The notes under the pieces were generated by a model, which did not search any database, was not told the origin of the DNA, and saw only the letters and a list, made by a program, of their open reading frames with translations. A program made the position numbers and the translations under genes. 64,000 nucleotides of DNA from a bacterium (GTDB lineage: Bacteria; Hinthialibacterota; Hinthialibacteria; Hinthialibacterales; Hinthialibacteraceae): the NCBI GenBank assembly GCA_963663405.2, contig CAXXSM010000149.1:64001-128000 (forward strand), given 5' to 3'. Below, in pieces: positions 49,264-59,029 of this stretch (position 1 is the stretch's first letter; every line of letters starts with the position of its first letter).

Positions 49264-51294
49264 TCAATACAAACTCCATTCACGAACGGGTGTTTCTTCG
49301 GTATAGATTTTGACGTTATCGATGAAATAATCACCACCGCTATTGGTGACATTCACTAAAAAGAGATTGTCAATACTGGATAATTGGTTGGTCTGCCAGA
49401 ACATCGCATCCGTTTCATATTGAACTAAAGTTGAAAAGGTGAGATCCCCTTCGTCTCCCTGCCAGAATTCATACGTGTTGGTTTTTGGATCAGCGATGAT
49501 TCGAATGGGGTACCAATGTTCGACTCCACTGTCCGGATCAGACGCTAGAATGGGAGTGGTTCTTAATTCTCCCGCATCTTCCACTCCATCCTTGTTGGTA
49601 TCTCCAATAAAGTTCCATTGAGCGCCATCGTAATAATTCGCCACGCCCGGTTCCAATTGTCCCCAAACCACATGCCCTCCTAACGTGGAATCTTGACGAA
49701 TGATCACTTGACAGGCTCGCGCTCCAGCGGCGCCGGTAACGGTTGACGCCATCAGAAAATCAATCGTTACGGGTTCGGTTTGACTGCCGAAATCGATAGA
49801 CAAGTTATCGACGCCGCTTCTAACCTTCAATGATTTATCGCCCACGGCGATAATCTCTTCTAATTCTCCTCCACCCGCGACCCGCTCGCTAGCTTCCGCT
49901 CCCCAAGCCCCTTCAAAATCCTGCTCGATAACGGTCTGACCGGATTTCGTAACAATGGATACGTTATCAACAAAGAAGTCACCCATCCCTCGTTCTTTGT
50001 TTTGAAATTGAATTCCATCAATGGAATCCAATAATCGCCAAAACCATAAATCGTCCCCATATTGAGTGAGATTTTCAAAATTCAAGTCGTTGGCAGGTCC
50101 CATAAAAAAATCAAAACTATGATTCGCAATATCAAGGTCCAATTGAACCGGGTACCATTTGGCCGATGTGGGATCTTCTGGATCCGTTATTTCAATAAGC
50201 GGTGGCCATGTTTCATCCCCGTCTTCCACAAGATTTTGATTGGTATCCCCGATTTGACGCCACGCTGTGCCATCGTAAAAGTTACTCGATCCCGGTTCGG
50301 TCTCTCCCCAACAAATGAACGTGACGATATTGGAGCCGGTATTCCCACCGTTCAACGTCCACACTTGCGCCGCGCGCTGATTTTTATAACCGCCCAAGGT
50401 TGTAAATGAAATTAGAAAACGAAACGTGAAATTTTCCAGGATTGGATCGAAATACGCGTAAGCGCCATCGATATCTTTGAGAAGCATCAATGAATGCTCA
50501 CCGATCGCAATCAATGAATCGTCACGTTCGGGAATGCCTTCAAAATCATTTTCGAATACCACGGCGCCGTCATGAGATATTTCCAAATTGTCTATAAAAT
50601 CACCGCTTGATGATGGATTAAAATAGAAACGATTGATTTCGGGAGGGAAATCCACGGTATAGAGGTCTTCGCCGTATAATTTCAGTGTGGAAAAAGACAT
50701 ATCGTTGGGGGCGCCTTGCCAATAATCGAAAATGGCTTCATCAATATTAATAACCAATTGTATAGGAATCCATTGCGCTTGATCGGGTTGATCCGGATCG
50801 GAGACCGGAAGAGCGGGAGGCCATTCCTCGCCATCATTTTCTATACCATCGAAGTTCGTATCCCCAATTTGCACCCAGCCGTCTAAATCCTGATACGCCG
50901 GTAATCCTTCGATCACATTACTCCATCGAATATCCGAAGCCACAATCGCGGTTTCTCCGGAAATTCCCTGGAGATAGACTCTTCCACCAGGGGAGTCTGG
51001 ATTCGAGGCGACAGTCGACGAAATCAAAAAACGTATGGTAATCGAACCGGAGACGGGAATAAAATCCTGACTATAATAGGTATTTCTCGAATATTCATCG
51101 ATCGCCAAGGCCGTCGGCGCGCGTTCCAATTCCGGTAGGGATTGAAATCCGGCTTGCGGACCTAACGAACTTAGATCATCGAAATCCTCTTCATATAAAA
51201 TATCAGTCTGCCCTGCGATCGCGCCGATGCTTGACAAAACACAACATACAAAAACGATACCCCATCTTTTTGTCTTGGTATACTTTTTCATCAT
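49264..51294 (-). CDS. secreted acidic protein with three tandem beta-sandwich repeats and C-terminal W-motif
   Basis: signal peptide; three IGDTN..E-D/GE repeats; ends ETPVREWSLY. Confidence 0.75.
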   Translation of the reverse strand: MMKKYTKTKRWGIVFVCCVLSSIGAIAGQTDILYEEDFDDLSSLGPQAGFQSLPELERAPTALAIDEYSRNTYYSQDFIPVSGSITIRFLISSTVASNPDSPGGRVYLQGISGETAIVASDIRWSNVIEGLPAYQDLDGWVQIGDTNFDGIENDGEEWPPALPVSDPDQPDQAQWIPIQLVINIDEAIFDYWQGAPNDMSFSTLKLYGEDLYTVDFPPEINRFYFNPSSSGDFIDNLEISHDGAVVFENDFEGIPERDDSLIAIGEHSLMLLKDIDGAYAYFDPILENFTFRFLISFTTLGGYKNQRAAQVWTLNGGNTGSNIVTFICWGETEPGSSNFYDGTAWRQIGDTNQNLVEDGDETWPPLIEITDPEDPTSAKWYPVQLDLDIANHSFDFFMGPANDLNFENLTQYGDDLWFWRLLDSIDGIQFQNKERGMGDFFVDNVSIVTKSGQTVIEQDFEGAWGAEASERVAGGGELEEIIAVGDKSLKVRSGVDNLSIDFGSQTEPVTIDFLMASTVTGAAGARACQVIIRQDSTLGGHVVWGQLEPGVANYYDGAQWNFIGDTNKDGVEDAGELRTTPILASDPDSGVEHWYPIRIIADPKTNTYEFWQGDEGDLTFSTLVQYETDAMFWQTNQLSSIDNLFLVNVTNSGGDYFIDNVKIYTEETPVREWSLY

Positions 51295-51416
51295 TTTTTC
51301 TCCCTAATCAAATTTGATTATAGAATTCCTAGAAGTGTTCTTTTTTATAATTTTCTAATAATGTTTTTGAATAGAATCTAACGGCGCCCAAGCCTTCCTC
51401 GAGAAGATTTGTGGAA

Positions 51417-52001
51417 TCAAGGACCAAAGCGATAAATATCCCCATCGCTGTTCAATCCATTGCTAGAGTCGAACCATTTCATAAAGTCGGATCCCCCCGC
51501 TCCCGGATCGGCTTCATAATCCCGATCCGGCGCAGCGCCCATCAGCACCCATCGCCCCCGCCGCTCTTGTTCTTCCGGCATATAAGCGAACCGGCGCGAT
51601 GAGAGTTTGATATTGTCCGTGGTTTCAGGATCCCATAGTGGATACGCGTTCGACATGTACGTATCATCGATATTGGTTCGAAACGGGTCCAAAGGAACAC
51701 TGTTCATATAACTGACCGGTGAGGTCATTTTTGCCAGTCTTCCATAACGCCAATCCCGTGTGCTCGAAGGAGCCGCCGGGGGATACATATTGTTGTCCAA
51801 TCGATACATTTCCAGCGCGCTCCCCAACGATCGCAGATCGGCTTCACAACGAGCGATAAGCGCCCGAACCCGCGCATTGATAAAATTGGGCACAGCAATG
51901 GCGGCCAGAATGCCAATGATCGCGACGACGATAAGCAATTCAATTAAGGTAAAACCGCGAAAAGGAGTTTTTTGATTGTTTGTCGATTTTTTTTCATTCA
52001 T
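51417..52001 (-). CDS. prepilin-type N-terminal cleavage/methylation protein (GspG-like pseudopilin)
   Basis: RG|FTLIELLIVVAIIGILAAIAVPNF; MTSPVSYM..DPF; FDSSNGLNSDGDI. Confidence 0.92.
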   Translation of the reverse strand: MNEKKSTNNQKTPFRGFTLIELLIVVAIIGILAAIAVPNFINARVRALIARCEADLRSLGSALEMYRLDNNMYPPAAPSSTRDWRYGRLAKMTSPVSYMNSVPLDPFRTNIDDTYMSNAYPLWDPETTDNIKLSSRRFAYMPEEQERRGRWVLMGAAPDRDYEADPGAGGSDFMKWFDSSNGLNSDGDIYRFGP

Positions 52002-52186
52002 CGTCCGTTTCCTTTAGGTTCCACAATCGCAACAGAAAGGCATAACATCAAAAAAAATTTTTTTTGATTGACGAAACGGAAAAAAGTAAAGGAGGGAAGT
52101 CCAATCTACAATATACAGATCCTATTGGAATGAGGTTATGCCATATAGAGAGATCGTTTCCAATTCCATCCACTTTCCCCCATCTC

Positions 52187-52202
52187 ATATTGTATACAAT
52201 AT
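52187..52202. promoter_or_regulatory. GntR-type operator palindrome
   Basis: perfect 16-bp palindrome ATATTGTATACAATAT overlapping a minus-strand TTGACT-17-TATTGT promoter. Confidence 0.75.
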
Positions 52203-52348
52203 ATAAAAATAAGAGGGAAGTCAACAGGAAAAATTAAATTTTTGTTTGATTCATAAGTTTAATGTTATTAGGATATTTTTATAAGTTCAAATAAATCAAG
52301 GAAGTATTTCTCTATCATTTTTTTATCTGCCCATAGATTTTTTTTGAT

Positions 52349-52364
52349 ATTTTGTATATAATAT
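52349..52364. promoter_or_regulatory. second GntR-type operator copy
   Basis: ATTTTGTATATAATAT (2 mismatches to 52187-52202), followed by the same ATAAAA; just upstream of the MFS gene. Confidence 0.65.
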
Positions 52365-52391
52365 ATAAAAGTATCTTGATCTCAAACTGAA

Positions 52392-53675
52392 TTGCTGGAG
52401 AATATTCCTTTGAATACATATAATGATTCCTTGAATTCCAATTCCCGTTTTTATAAATGGGAATTGGTTTTCTGGTTGTGGCTGGCCTTTTTCTTCAACC
52501 AGGCGGATCGCCAAGTTTACAGTGTGGTCTTGCCTCAATTGCGAGACGATCTGCAGCTGACCGACGAACAATTAGGATTAATCGCTTCGGTCTTTATATG
52601 GACCTTGGCGATTATGGTTCCATTTGCAGGATACGCTGGGGATCGATTTCGTAAGAAATGGATCGTGACAGGCAGTATCCTGTTTTGGAGTGTGGCGACT
52701 CTTTTTACGGGATTCAGCGCTGGTTTCGTGTCCCTCATGGTGTTTCGAAGTATCGCGACAGGGGGAGGCGAGGCTTTTTACGCGCCGGCCGCCAGTGCCT
52801 ATATCGGTGAGTTTCATCGTAAAAGCAGAGCGACGGCCTTATCCATCCATCAAACTTCCTTATATGTTGGAGTCGTGGCAAGTGGTTTTTTATCCGGTTA
52901 TATCGCAGATCATTGGGGGTGGAAATCAGCCTTCTACGGCTTTGGCGCGGCAGGGATTCTATTGAGCGTCATTTTGCTGTTCCGCTTGAAAGACGCGCCA
53001 ACCGGAATTGGCGATGTTACGGATACATCCAATCGCGGTAATGTCACTTTCAAGAACGCTTTATCCAAATTTTTTCAAAAACCGACCGCCCTGTTTCTCA
53101 CGATGGCTTTTGCTGGGATGGTCTTCGTTAACATTGGTTATTTAACTTGGATGCCGACATTCTTGCACGAGCGATTCAACTTGTCTCTTGCGGAAGCTGG
53201 ATTCGCATCAATGTTCTATCATCACCTGTTCGCTTTCATCGGGGTTATGCTTGGAGGACAATTATCGGACCGATGGAGTCCGGCCTATCCAAAAGCGCGT
53301 CTGGGAATCCAAGCGGTGGGGTTGCTATTGGGAGCGCCTTTCATTTATTGTATGGGGCAGGGAAACACTCAATTTTATATCTATATCGCCCTAGCGGCTT
53401 TTGGATTTTTTCGTGGATTATATGATTCAAATATTTACGCTTCGCTTTACGAGGTGATCGAGCCAAAATATCGTTCTTCAACCTCGGGAATTATGATATT
53501 ATTTGCGTTCCTTACCGGCGCGTTTTCACCGTTGCTTTTAGGGATACTGAAACCGAACTTGGGGCTTTCTTTCGCACTGTCCAGTCTGTTTTTGTTTTAC
53601 ATTTTCGCCTCACTCTCAATCGTTGTGGCGTTGCTATTTTTCTTTGATCGAGACCGGATAGAACAACTATGTTAA
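52392..53675 (+). CDS. MFS transporter, paralog 3
   Basis: FFNQADRQVY, GYAGDRFRKK, ATGGGEAFYAPA; start could be TTG 52410. Confidence 0.9.
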   Translation: MLENIPLNTYNDSLNSNSRFYKWELVFWLWLAFFFNQADRQVYSVVLPQLRDDLQLTDEQLGLIASVFIWTLAIMVPFAGYAGDRFRKKWIVTGSILFWSVATLFTGFSAGFVSLMVFRSIATGGGEAFYAPAASAYIGEFHRKSRATALSIHQTSLYVGVVASGFLSGYIADHWGWKSAFYGFGAAGILLSVILLFRLKDAPTGIGDVTDTSNRGNVTFKNALSKFFQKPTALFLTMAFAGMVFVNIGYLTWMPTFLHERFNLSLAEAGFASMFYHHLFAFIGVMLGGQLSDRWSPAYPKARLGIQAVGLLLGAPFIYCMGQGNTQFYIYIALAAFGFFRGLYDSNIYASLYEVIEPKYRSSTSGIMILFAFLTGAFSPLLLGILKPNLGLSFALSSLFLFYIFASLSIVVALLFFFDRDRIEQLC

Positions 53676-53702
53676 TTTTCGAATAGTAAGGACAAAATTG
53701 TT

Positions 53703-54422
53703 ATGACCAGTACTGTTAAAAACGCTGAAATCAATCCGGAAATCCTCTCTTTCGGAGAGCCCGTTTACGCGCGCGTGTGCGAACATATTCGGCAGGATAT
53801 TCTCTCCGGCAAATTGGAAGCCGGATTTCGATTGAAGATCCATGGATTGTGCCAGCGATACAATGTCAGCCAAATGCCAATCCGGGAAGCCTTGCAGCAA
53901 TTGCAAGGGGAAGGTCTGATTGTTATCGAACCCAATCGCGGCGCTTACGTTCGCCGGGTGGACGAACATTTCATCAAGAATATGTATGACATTCGTGGAG
54001 CGATCGACGCGTTGCTGGCCCGTTTGGGAATACCGAATCTAACCGATGAATCTCTTGAAAAGATCCTGGAAATTCAAGAACGTTACGAAGAATTCGCGCA
54101 TGCGAAAGACACAAACGTTTTTCTGACAATTAACAAGCAATTTCATCACGAGTTCTATATGCTCGCCGATAATCCGGAAGCGCTTCAAATCATGGAACGT
54201 CAATGGGGATTGATTGATACCCTGCGAGCCAAATACGGATTCGGCCCCACCCGTTTGATCGAAATCATGAGCGAACACAGAGAGTTACTGGAAGCCTACG
54301 AACACCGGAATATCGCTTTGGCCGAAAGGATCGCGCGGGATCATTGCGAAAAAGCGAAAATCGACCTGCTTCAGCAAATACGAGACAAGAAAGGCTTCGA
54401 TAAAAAGGAGGATCGACCATGA
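53703..54422 (+). CDS. GntR-family regulator with FCD domain
   Basis: IRQDILSGKL..YNVSQMPIREALQQLQGEGLI..PNRGAYV; NKQFH, EHRELLEA. Confidence 0.92.
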   Translation: MTSTVKNAEINPEILSFGEPVYARVCEHIRQDILSGKLEAGFRLKIHGLCQRYNVSQMPIREALQQLQGEGLIVIEPNRGAYVRRVDEHFIKNMYDIRGAIDALLARLGIPNLTDESLEKILEIQERYEEFAHAKDTNVFLTINKQFHHEFYMLADNPEALQIMERQWGLIDTLRAKYGFGPTRLIEIMSEHRELLEAYEHRNIALAERIARDHCEKAKIDLLQQIRDKKGFDKKEDRP

Positions 54423-55171
54423 CCGATCTTTCGGGACAAGTGGCATTGGTAACCGGAGCGTCCCGCGGATTGGGAAAAGGGATCGCGCTGGTATTGGCCG
54501 AAGAGGGCGCGAACATCGTGGTTAATTATCGATCCTCGAAAAAAGAAGCGGAAGAAACAGCCGAAATGATCCGCTCCTTAGGACGTGAAGCGCTTCCGAT
54601 TCAAGCCGATGTCAGTAACGCCGAAGACGTCGCAAAAATGTTTATTGAAATTCAATCCTGTTTCCAAAAAATTGATATCCTAGTCAATAACGCTGGCACA
54701 ACTCAAGCGAAAGATATTTTTGAAATAAACGAGCAAGATTGGGATTTTATTCTCGATACCAATATGAAAAGTTGTTATCTTTGTTCAAAAGAAGCGTTCA
54801 AAATGATGAAACATCGCAAGCGGGGAAGAATCATCAATATCAGTTCCGTCGTAGGCGAGCAGGGAGCGCTGTACGGTCACGTCCATTACGCAACCACCAA
54901 AAGCGGGATGCTGGGCTTCACCAAAACCTTGGCGCGAACCGGCGCGCCATTCGGAATCACCGTCAACGCAATCGCGCCGGGGATCATTGAAACGGAATTG
55001 CTAATTCAAACCCATGGCCGGGAAAAAGTGGATCAACTTTCTAAACAAGTTCCCTTAGGATTGGGAACTCCACGAGACGTCGGATGCGCCGCCGCCTTTC
55101 TCTGTGGAGAAGGCGCGCGTTATATAACCGGAGCGACAATCGATGTGAACGGCGGAATGTATATGCGGTAA
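54419..55171 (+). CDS. SDR family oxidoreductase
   Basis: TGASRGLG, NNAG, YATTK, VNAIAPG, IDVNGG. Confidence 0.9.
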   Translation: MTDLSGQVALVTGASRGLGKGIALVLAEEGANIVVNYRSSKKEAEETAEMIRSLGREALPIQADVSNAEDVAKMFIEIQSCFQKIDILVNNAGTTQAKDIFEINEQDWDFILDTNMKSCYLCSKEAFKMMKHRKRGRIINISSVVGEQGALYGHVHYATTKSGMLGFTKTLARTGAPFGITVNAIAPGIIETELLIQTHGREKVDQLSKQVPLGLGTPRDVGCAAAFLCGEGARYITGATIDVNGGMYMR

Positions 55172-55201
55172 TTATCCAAGTTATAAAGGAATTATGAAGT
55201 A

Positions 55202-56371
55202 ATGAAAATCACGGATATCAAAACATTTATTTGTCATGCCTATCGAACCAATTGGGTGTTTGTCAAAGTTTACACCGATTCTGGATTGTATGGAGTTGGT
55301 GAAGCTACGTTAGAAATGCGTGAACTGACTGTGATGGAAGCAATCAGTGAAATTAAAAGGGGATTGGTTGGGAAAGATCCTGAGAATATAGAAGGTCTTT
55401 GGCTTACAATTTACCGCGATACCTATTGGCGGGGCGGGCCGGTCCTCATGTCGGCTTTGGCGGGTGTTGAAATGGCGTTGTGGGATATAAAGGGCAAGAG
55501 TTTAGGCGTACCGGTTTATCAATTATTGGGTGGGAAAGTACGGGATAAAGCCCCATGTTACGCGAATGGTTGGTTTGCTGGAGCGCGTACTCCGCAAAAA
55601 TTTGCCCAAAAAGCGAAAGAGACGATACAACTCGGTTTTCAAGCCTTGAAATGGGATCCATTTGGTTCCGCTTATCTTAATTTATCCGCAAGAGAATTTC
55701 AGGAAGCCCTTCGCTGTATCGCCGCTATACGGGAAGCCGTTGGCAGCGAGGTGGATTTGATTATCGAAGGACATGGACGTTTTAATCTCCCTACAGCAAA
55801 ACGTTTGGGACATGCCATGAAGGAGTTTCAAATCCTTTGGTTTGAAGAACCATTATGCCCGGAGAGTCATGAAAGTTTAGCCGACTTGCGTCAACAGATA
55901 CCGATTCCGGTCGCCGCGGGAGAGCGGATTTACAGCCGATGGGATTTTTATGATTTTCTTACCAAAAAAAGCGCAGATATTATCCAACCGGACGTCTCGC
56001 ATGTGGGGGGAATTATGGAAATGAAGAAAATCGCCGCGATGGCGGAATGTTGTCAAATCCCTTTATGTCCCCATAATCCAAGCGGCCCTGTCGCTCATGC
56101 GGCGACTCTGCATCTTGCCGCATGTATAACCAATTTCTATTTGTTGGAAACCATGAGCGCCGATGTGGATTACCGGAATCAAATTTGTACTGAAAATCTA
56201 CTCTTTGAAGATGGAATGATCCATATCAGTAATGAACCCGGATTAGGAATTGACATTAATGAAGACGCCATACTGAACTACCCATATAAACCTTGCGAAT
56301 TGAGACATTACAATGGAGATTTAACCGAAATTCGTCCACGCAGCGCGAAGATGTATATGCAGAGAATTTGA
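55202..56371 (+). CDS. dgoD: galactonate dehydratase-like (mandelate racemase subgroup)
   Basis: GVGEATLE, YWRGGPVLMSALAGVEMALWDIKGK, YANGW, LKWDPFG, EGHGRF, WFEEP, AAGER, QPDVSHVGG, PHNPSGP. Confidence 0.75.
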   Translation: MKITDIKTFICHAYRTNWVFVKVYTDSGLYGVGEATLEMRELTVMEAISEIKRGLVGKDPENIEGLWLTIYRDTYWRGGPVLMSALAGVEMALWDIKGKSLGVPVYQLLGGKVRDKAPCYANGWFAGARTPQKFAQKAKETIQLGFQALKWDPFGSAYLNLSAREFQEALRCIAAIREAVGSEVDLIIEGHGRFNLPTAKRLGHAMKEFQILWFEEPLCPESHESLADLRQQIPIPVAAGERIYSRWDFYDFLTKKSADIIQPDVSHVGGIMEMKKIAAMAECCQIPLCPHNPSGPVAHAATLHLAACITNFYLLETMSADVDYRNQICTENLLFEDGMIHISNEPGLGIDINEDAILNYPYKPCELRHYNGDLTEIRPRSAKMYMQRI

Positions 56372-56430
56372 TGTAAATACAATTATGACTGAATGTATAA
56401 ATTACCATTCATTGATTGAAAGGAAAATGC

Positions 56431-58056
56431 ATGATGTTATCAATTAAACAAATAACTTGCTTACTGATATTTTCTTGTTTTACTATGATCGCTACTCTGT
56501 CTGTGACAAGTGGTGACTTGATAGCAACTGATGAAAATGTAAAGAAAAACATTTCTCCAATTGCGCTGATTCAAGAGAATAATCCTGCGCAAGGAAAAGA
56601 GATTGACTCATCGTCTAATAGTCAAGTTAAAGTTACCAGCATATCCCGAACAATTGACGCTTCTAAATATTCTAATCGATTTCCCGATCTAGCCGCGTAC
56701 CGGAATACTTCAATACAAAAAGCGCCTGCGCCTGCGCTTGCTGAATTAAGCGCGAACGAGTTTGGCATAGCGAAAATCACCCGGTGTTGGTTAAACCTCG
56801 ATGAAATGTGGGATTATCGAACGCGAGAATATAACTACAACTATACAATTGGAGTTCACAAGTACGATGATGTCTCGGAGAAACACGAGGAATCTTGGGG
56901 ATGGGTCACAGAGACCAATGTGCCATTTTATGATTACTTGAGCGCATTCAGTAAGTATAGTGATGAAATCATGTTGACCATCCGGCGATATGAACGGGAT
57001 ATTTTGGATGGGAAACTTGACGTTACGATGAATGACTGGAAAAGAATTTTTAAAAACGCTGTAATTCATTATAAAGGAATTTGTTCCAATCTTCGTTATA
57101 TTGAAGTATGCAACGAATATGCTATTAAAGGTTTTATCGGATGCACGGCGGATGAATACTATCAGTTTTACAAACTCGCATATGAAGCCGTTAATGAAGC
57201 CAACGCAGAGATGAACTTAAAGGACGATAACCGAATTCTGGTGGGAGGTCCTGTGGTGACCGGCGACATTATTAAGAAACTAAATCTCTTTTTTGAAAAT
57301 TATAGCAGGGACACATCGGCAAATAAGAAAATGGATTTTGTTTCGTGGCATGAATATAGCAAAAGCTATGACGCAATCGCTCATCGAGAAAAACAGGTTC
57401 GAGAGATGATGGATCAACATGGTCTCAAAGAAGACATCCCCTTATTTATCAGCGAACACGATCCCTATCATCCTCCGGCGGGGAGTAGAGAGTACAATCT
57501 TATCAATGGCGCGGGATTAGTTAAGTCACTTTATTTTACGAATTATTTCAGTCCCGGAATTAAAATCATGCCTTGGGTACAATATCACAACGCTGAGATT
57601 CAAACACGGTTCATGTGGTTTGGTGGTCCCAACGAACCGGATACTAAAACTAAAGAATTGCGAATGCTGCCGGCTGGTTGCTCAATGAAGTTTCTTAGCA
57701 TGCACAAAGATTGGGAAATAGAAGTTGACAATGCGCTCGATAAAGATGAGATTGTGTTGGCTTCGATCCAAAATGACGGAATCGTCGTTCATGTGGTCAA
57801 TTATGACAAGCCGCGAGCTGTACAAATCCGGCTGGACAATATCCCAAAATCGTTTTTAAATTTGAAGGATGGAAAAATAAAAGCAGTCAAATATCTCATC
57901 GATCAGCAGCACTGTAACTGCGTGGCCAATCCCGACTATTCTGGCGGAATTGAAAAGGTAGGAGATGAGTGGATAGAATTGAACGGAGGTTCAATCACAC
58001 TCTCACACTCCAAACTTACAAAAAACGGAATACTGTTGTGGGAATTGATCCCATGA
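56431..58056 (+). CDS. secreted clan GH-A glycoside hydrolase (GH39-like)
   Basis: signal peptide; YIEVCNEY (acid/base), VGGP, DFVSWHEY, LFISE (nucleophile). Confidence 0.7.
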   Translation: MMLSIKQITCLLIFSCFTMIATLSVTSGDLIATDENVKKNISPIALIQENNPAQGKEIDSSSNSQVKVTSISRTIDASKYSNRFPDLAAYRNTSIQKAPAPALAELSANEFGIAKITRCWLNLDEMWDYRTREYNYNYTIGVHKYDDVSEKHEESWGWVTETNVPFYDYLSAFSKYSDEIMLTIRRYERDILDGKLDVTMNDWKRIFKNAVIHYKGICSNLRYIEVCNEYAIKGFIGCTADEYYQFYKLAYEAVNEANAEMNLKDDNRILVGGPVVTGDIIKKLNLFFENYSRDTSANKKMDFVSWHEYSKSYDAIAHREKQVREMMDQHGLKEDIPLFISEHDPYHPPAGSREYNLINGAGLVKSLYFTNYFSPGIKIMPWVQYHNAEIQTRFMWFGGPNEPDTKTKELRMLPAGCSMKFLSMHKDWEIEVDNALDKDEIVLASIQNDGIVVHVVNYDKPRAVQIRLDNIPKSFLNLKDGKIKAVKYLIDQQHCNCVANPDYSGGIEKVGDEWIELNGGSITLSHSKLTKNGILLWELIP

Positions 58057-58169
58057 CCTGCGATCGAATAGGTAAAATGTGCAATTCTCAAAAATCAGTA
58101 ATAATAATTCAGTCGTGTGAAGTGAGAGCAGGAGGAACGGGAAGGGAATTGATTTCGCATCTCTGCCTA

Positions 58170-58260
58170 ATGGATCTTTTTGTCGGTTAGAATGAGCTTC
58201 ATTGGGAGTTCTTCCCTCAAATCGATAATGTGGCCGCCATTCGTTGTACCATTTCAAATT
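58170..58260 (-). pseudogene. remnant of an IS3/IS481-type integrase core C-terminus
   Basis: WYNEWRPH...GRTPNE matches the rve_3 YN..RPH..L...TP signature; no intact ORF or IRs. Confidence 0.55.
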
Positions 58261-59029
58261 CGATCGTGTAAAAGTCGAATCTCAACTTCCCAATTCGCAT
58301 CTCGACCGATGAAATTTTGATTAGTCCTGGACAATCACATGATGATTCATAATCCACACTTTTTAAATTCCTGCATTTTTTCCCGAAATTCCTGATATTC
58401 CCTATCCAGCGTATATAATCCCACAATTTAATTGTAAAAAATGTTGAAAATGGAAACAACGATGGACACATCGAATTAAACAAAATTAAATCCAATTTTC
58501 GTTCAAGGAATTCAAATATCAACTTCAAGATTTTCCAACCCTAATTTCCCCATTTTTGAGGATGCTTCGCTTTTCCTTCTCCGATATATTAAAACACGAA
58601 TGATTTGAATCAAAACGAAATTGCTTTGTTTAAATCATCTAATTTGAAAAGGAGAAGGGTAATGATGAGTCTAATCAAACGAACATTTCTTATTCTGATG
58701 ATTGTTGTTGCATTGAATGACTTTAGTTTGGGGAATATGGAGATTCAGTGGAAAACAGCCTGTTCAACGTGGAATAATCACATCAGCATGATATCACATT
58801 CCATCAACAAAAAACTGATGAAAGGGATGAAAGATCTTGAAGATCAAATTATCTATCATTGCTACAACAACATTTCAATTTACCCAAATCAGTAAAAAGG
58901 AATTCATGGTTGCATACAAGAAATACGAAAAGAAAGGGGGTGAATTCTTGTCTAAGGTAATAACAAATGTTTATTGAAGAGAATTTGAAATTTGTTGAGA
59001 TGCTTAAAATCATTAAAAGGAGAAAAACG

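Noticed and set aside
58217-58960. Short ORFs 58217-58528 and 58605-58895
   Set aside because: AT-rich, with no motifs or convincing RBS; probably non-coding or decayed sequence next to an IS remnant
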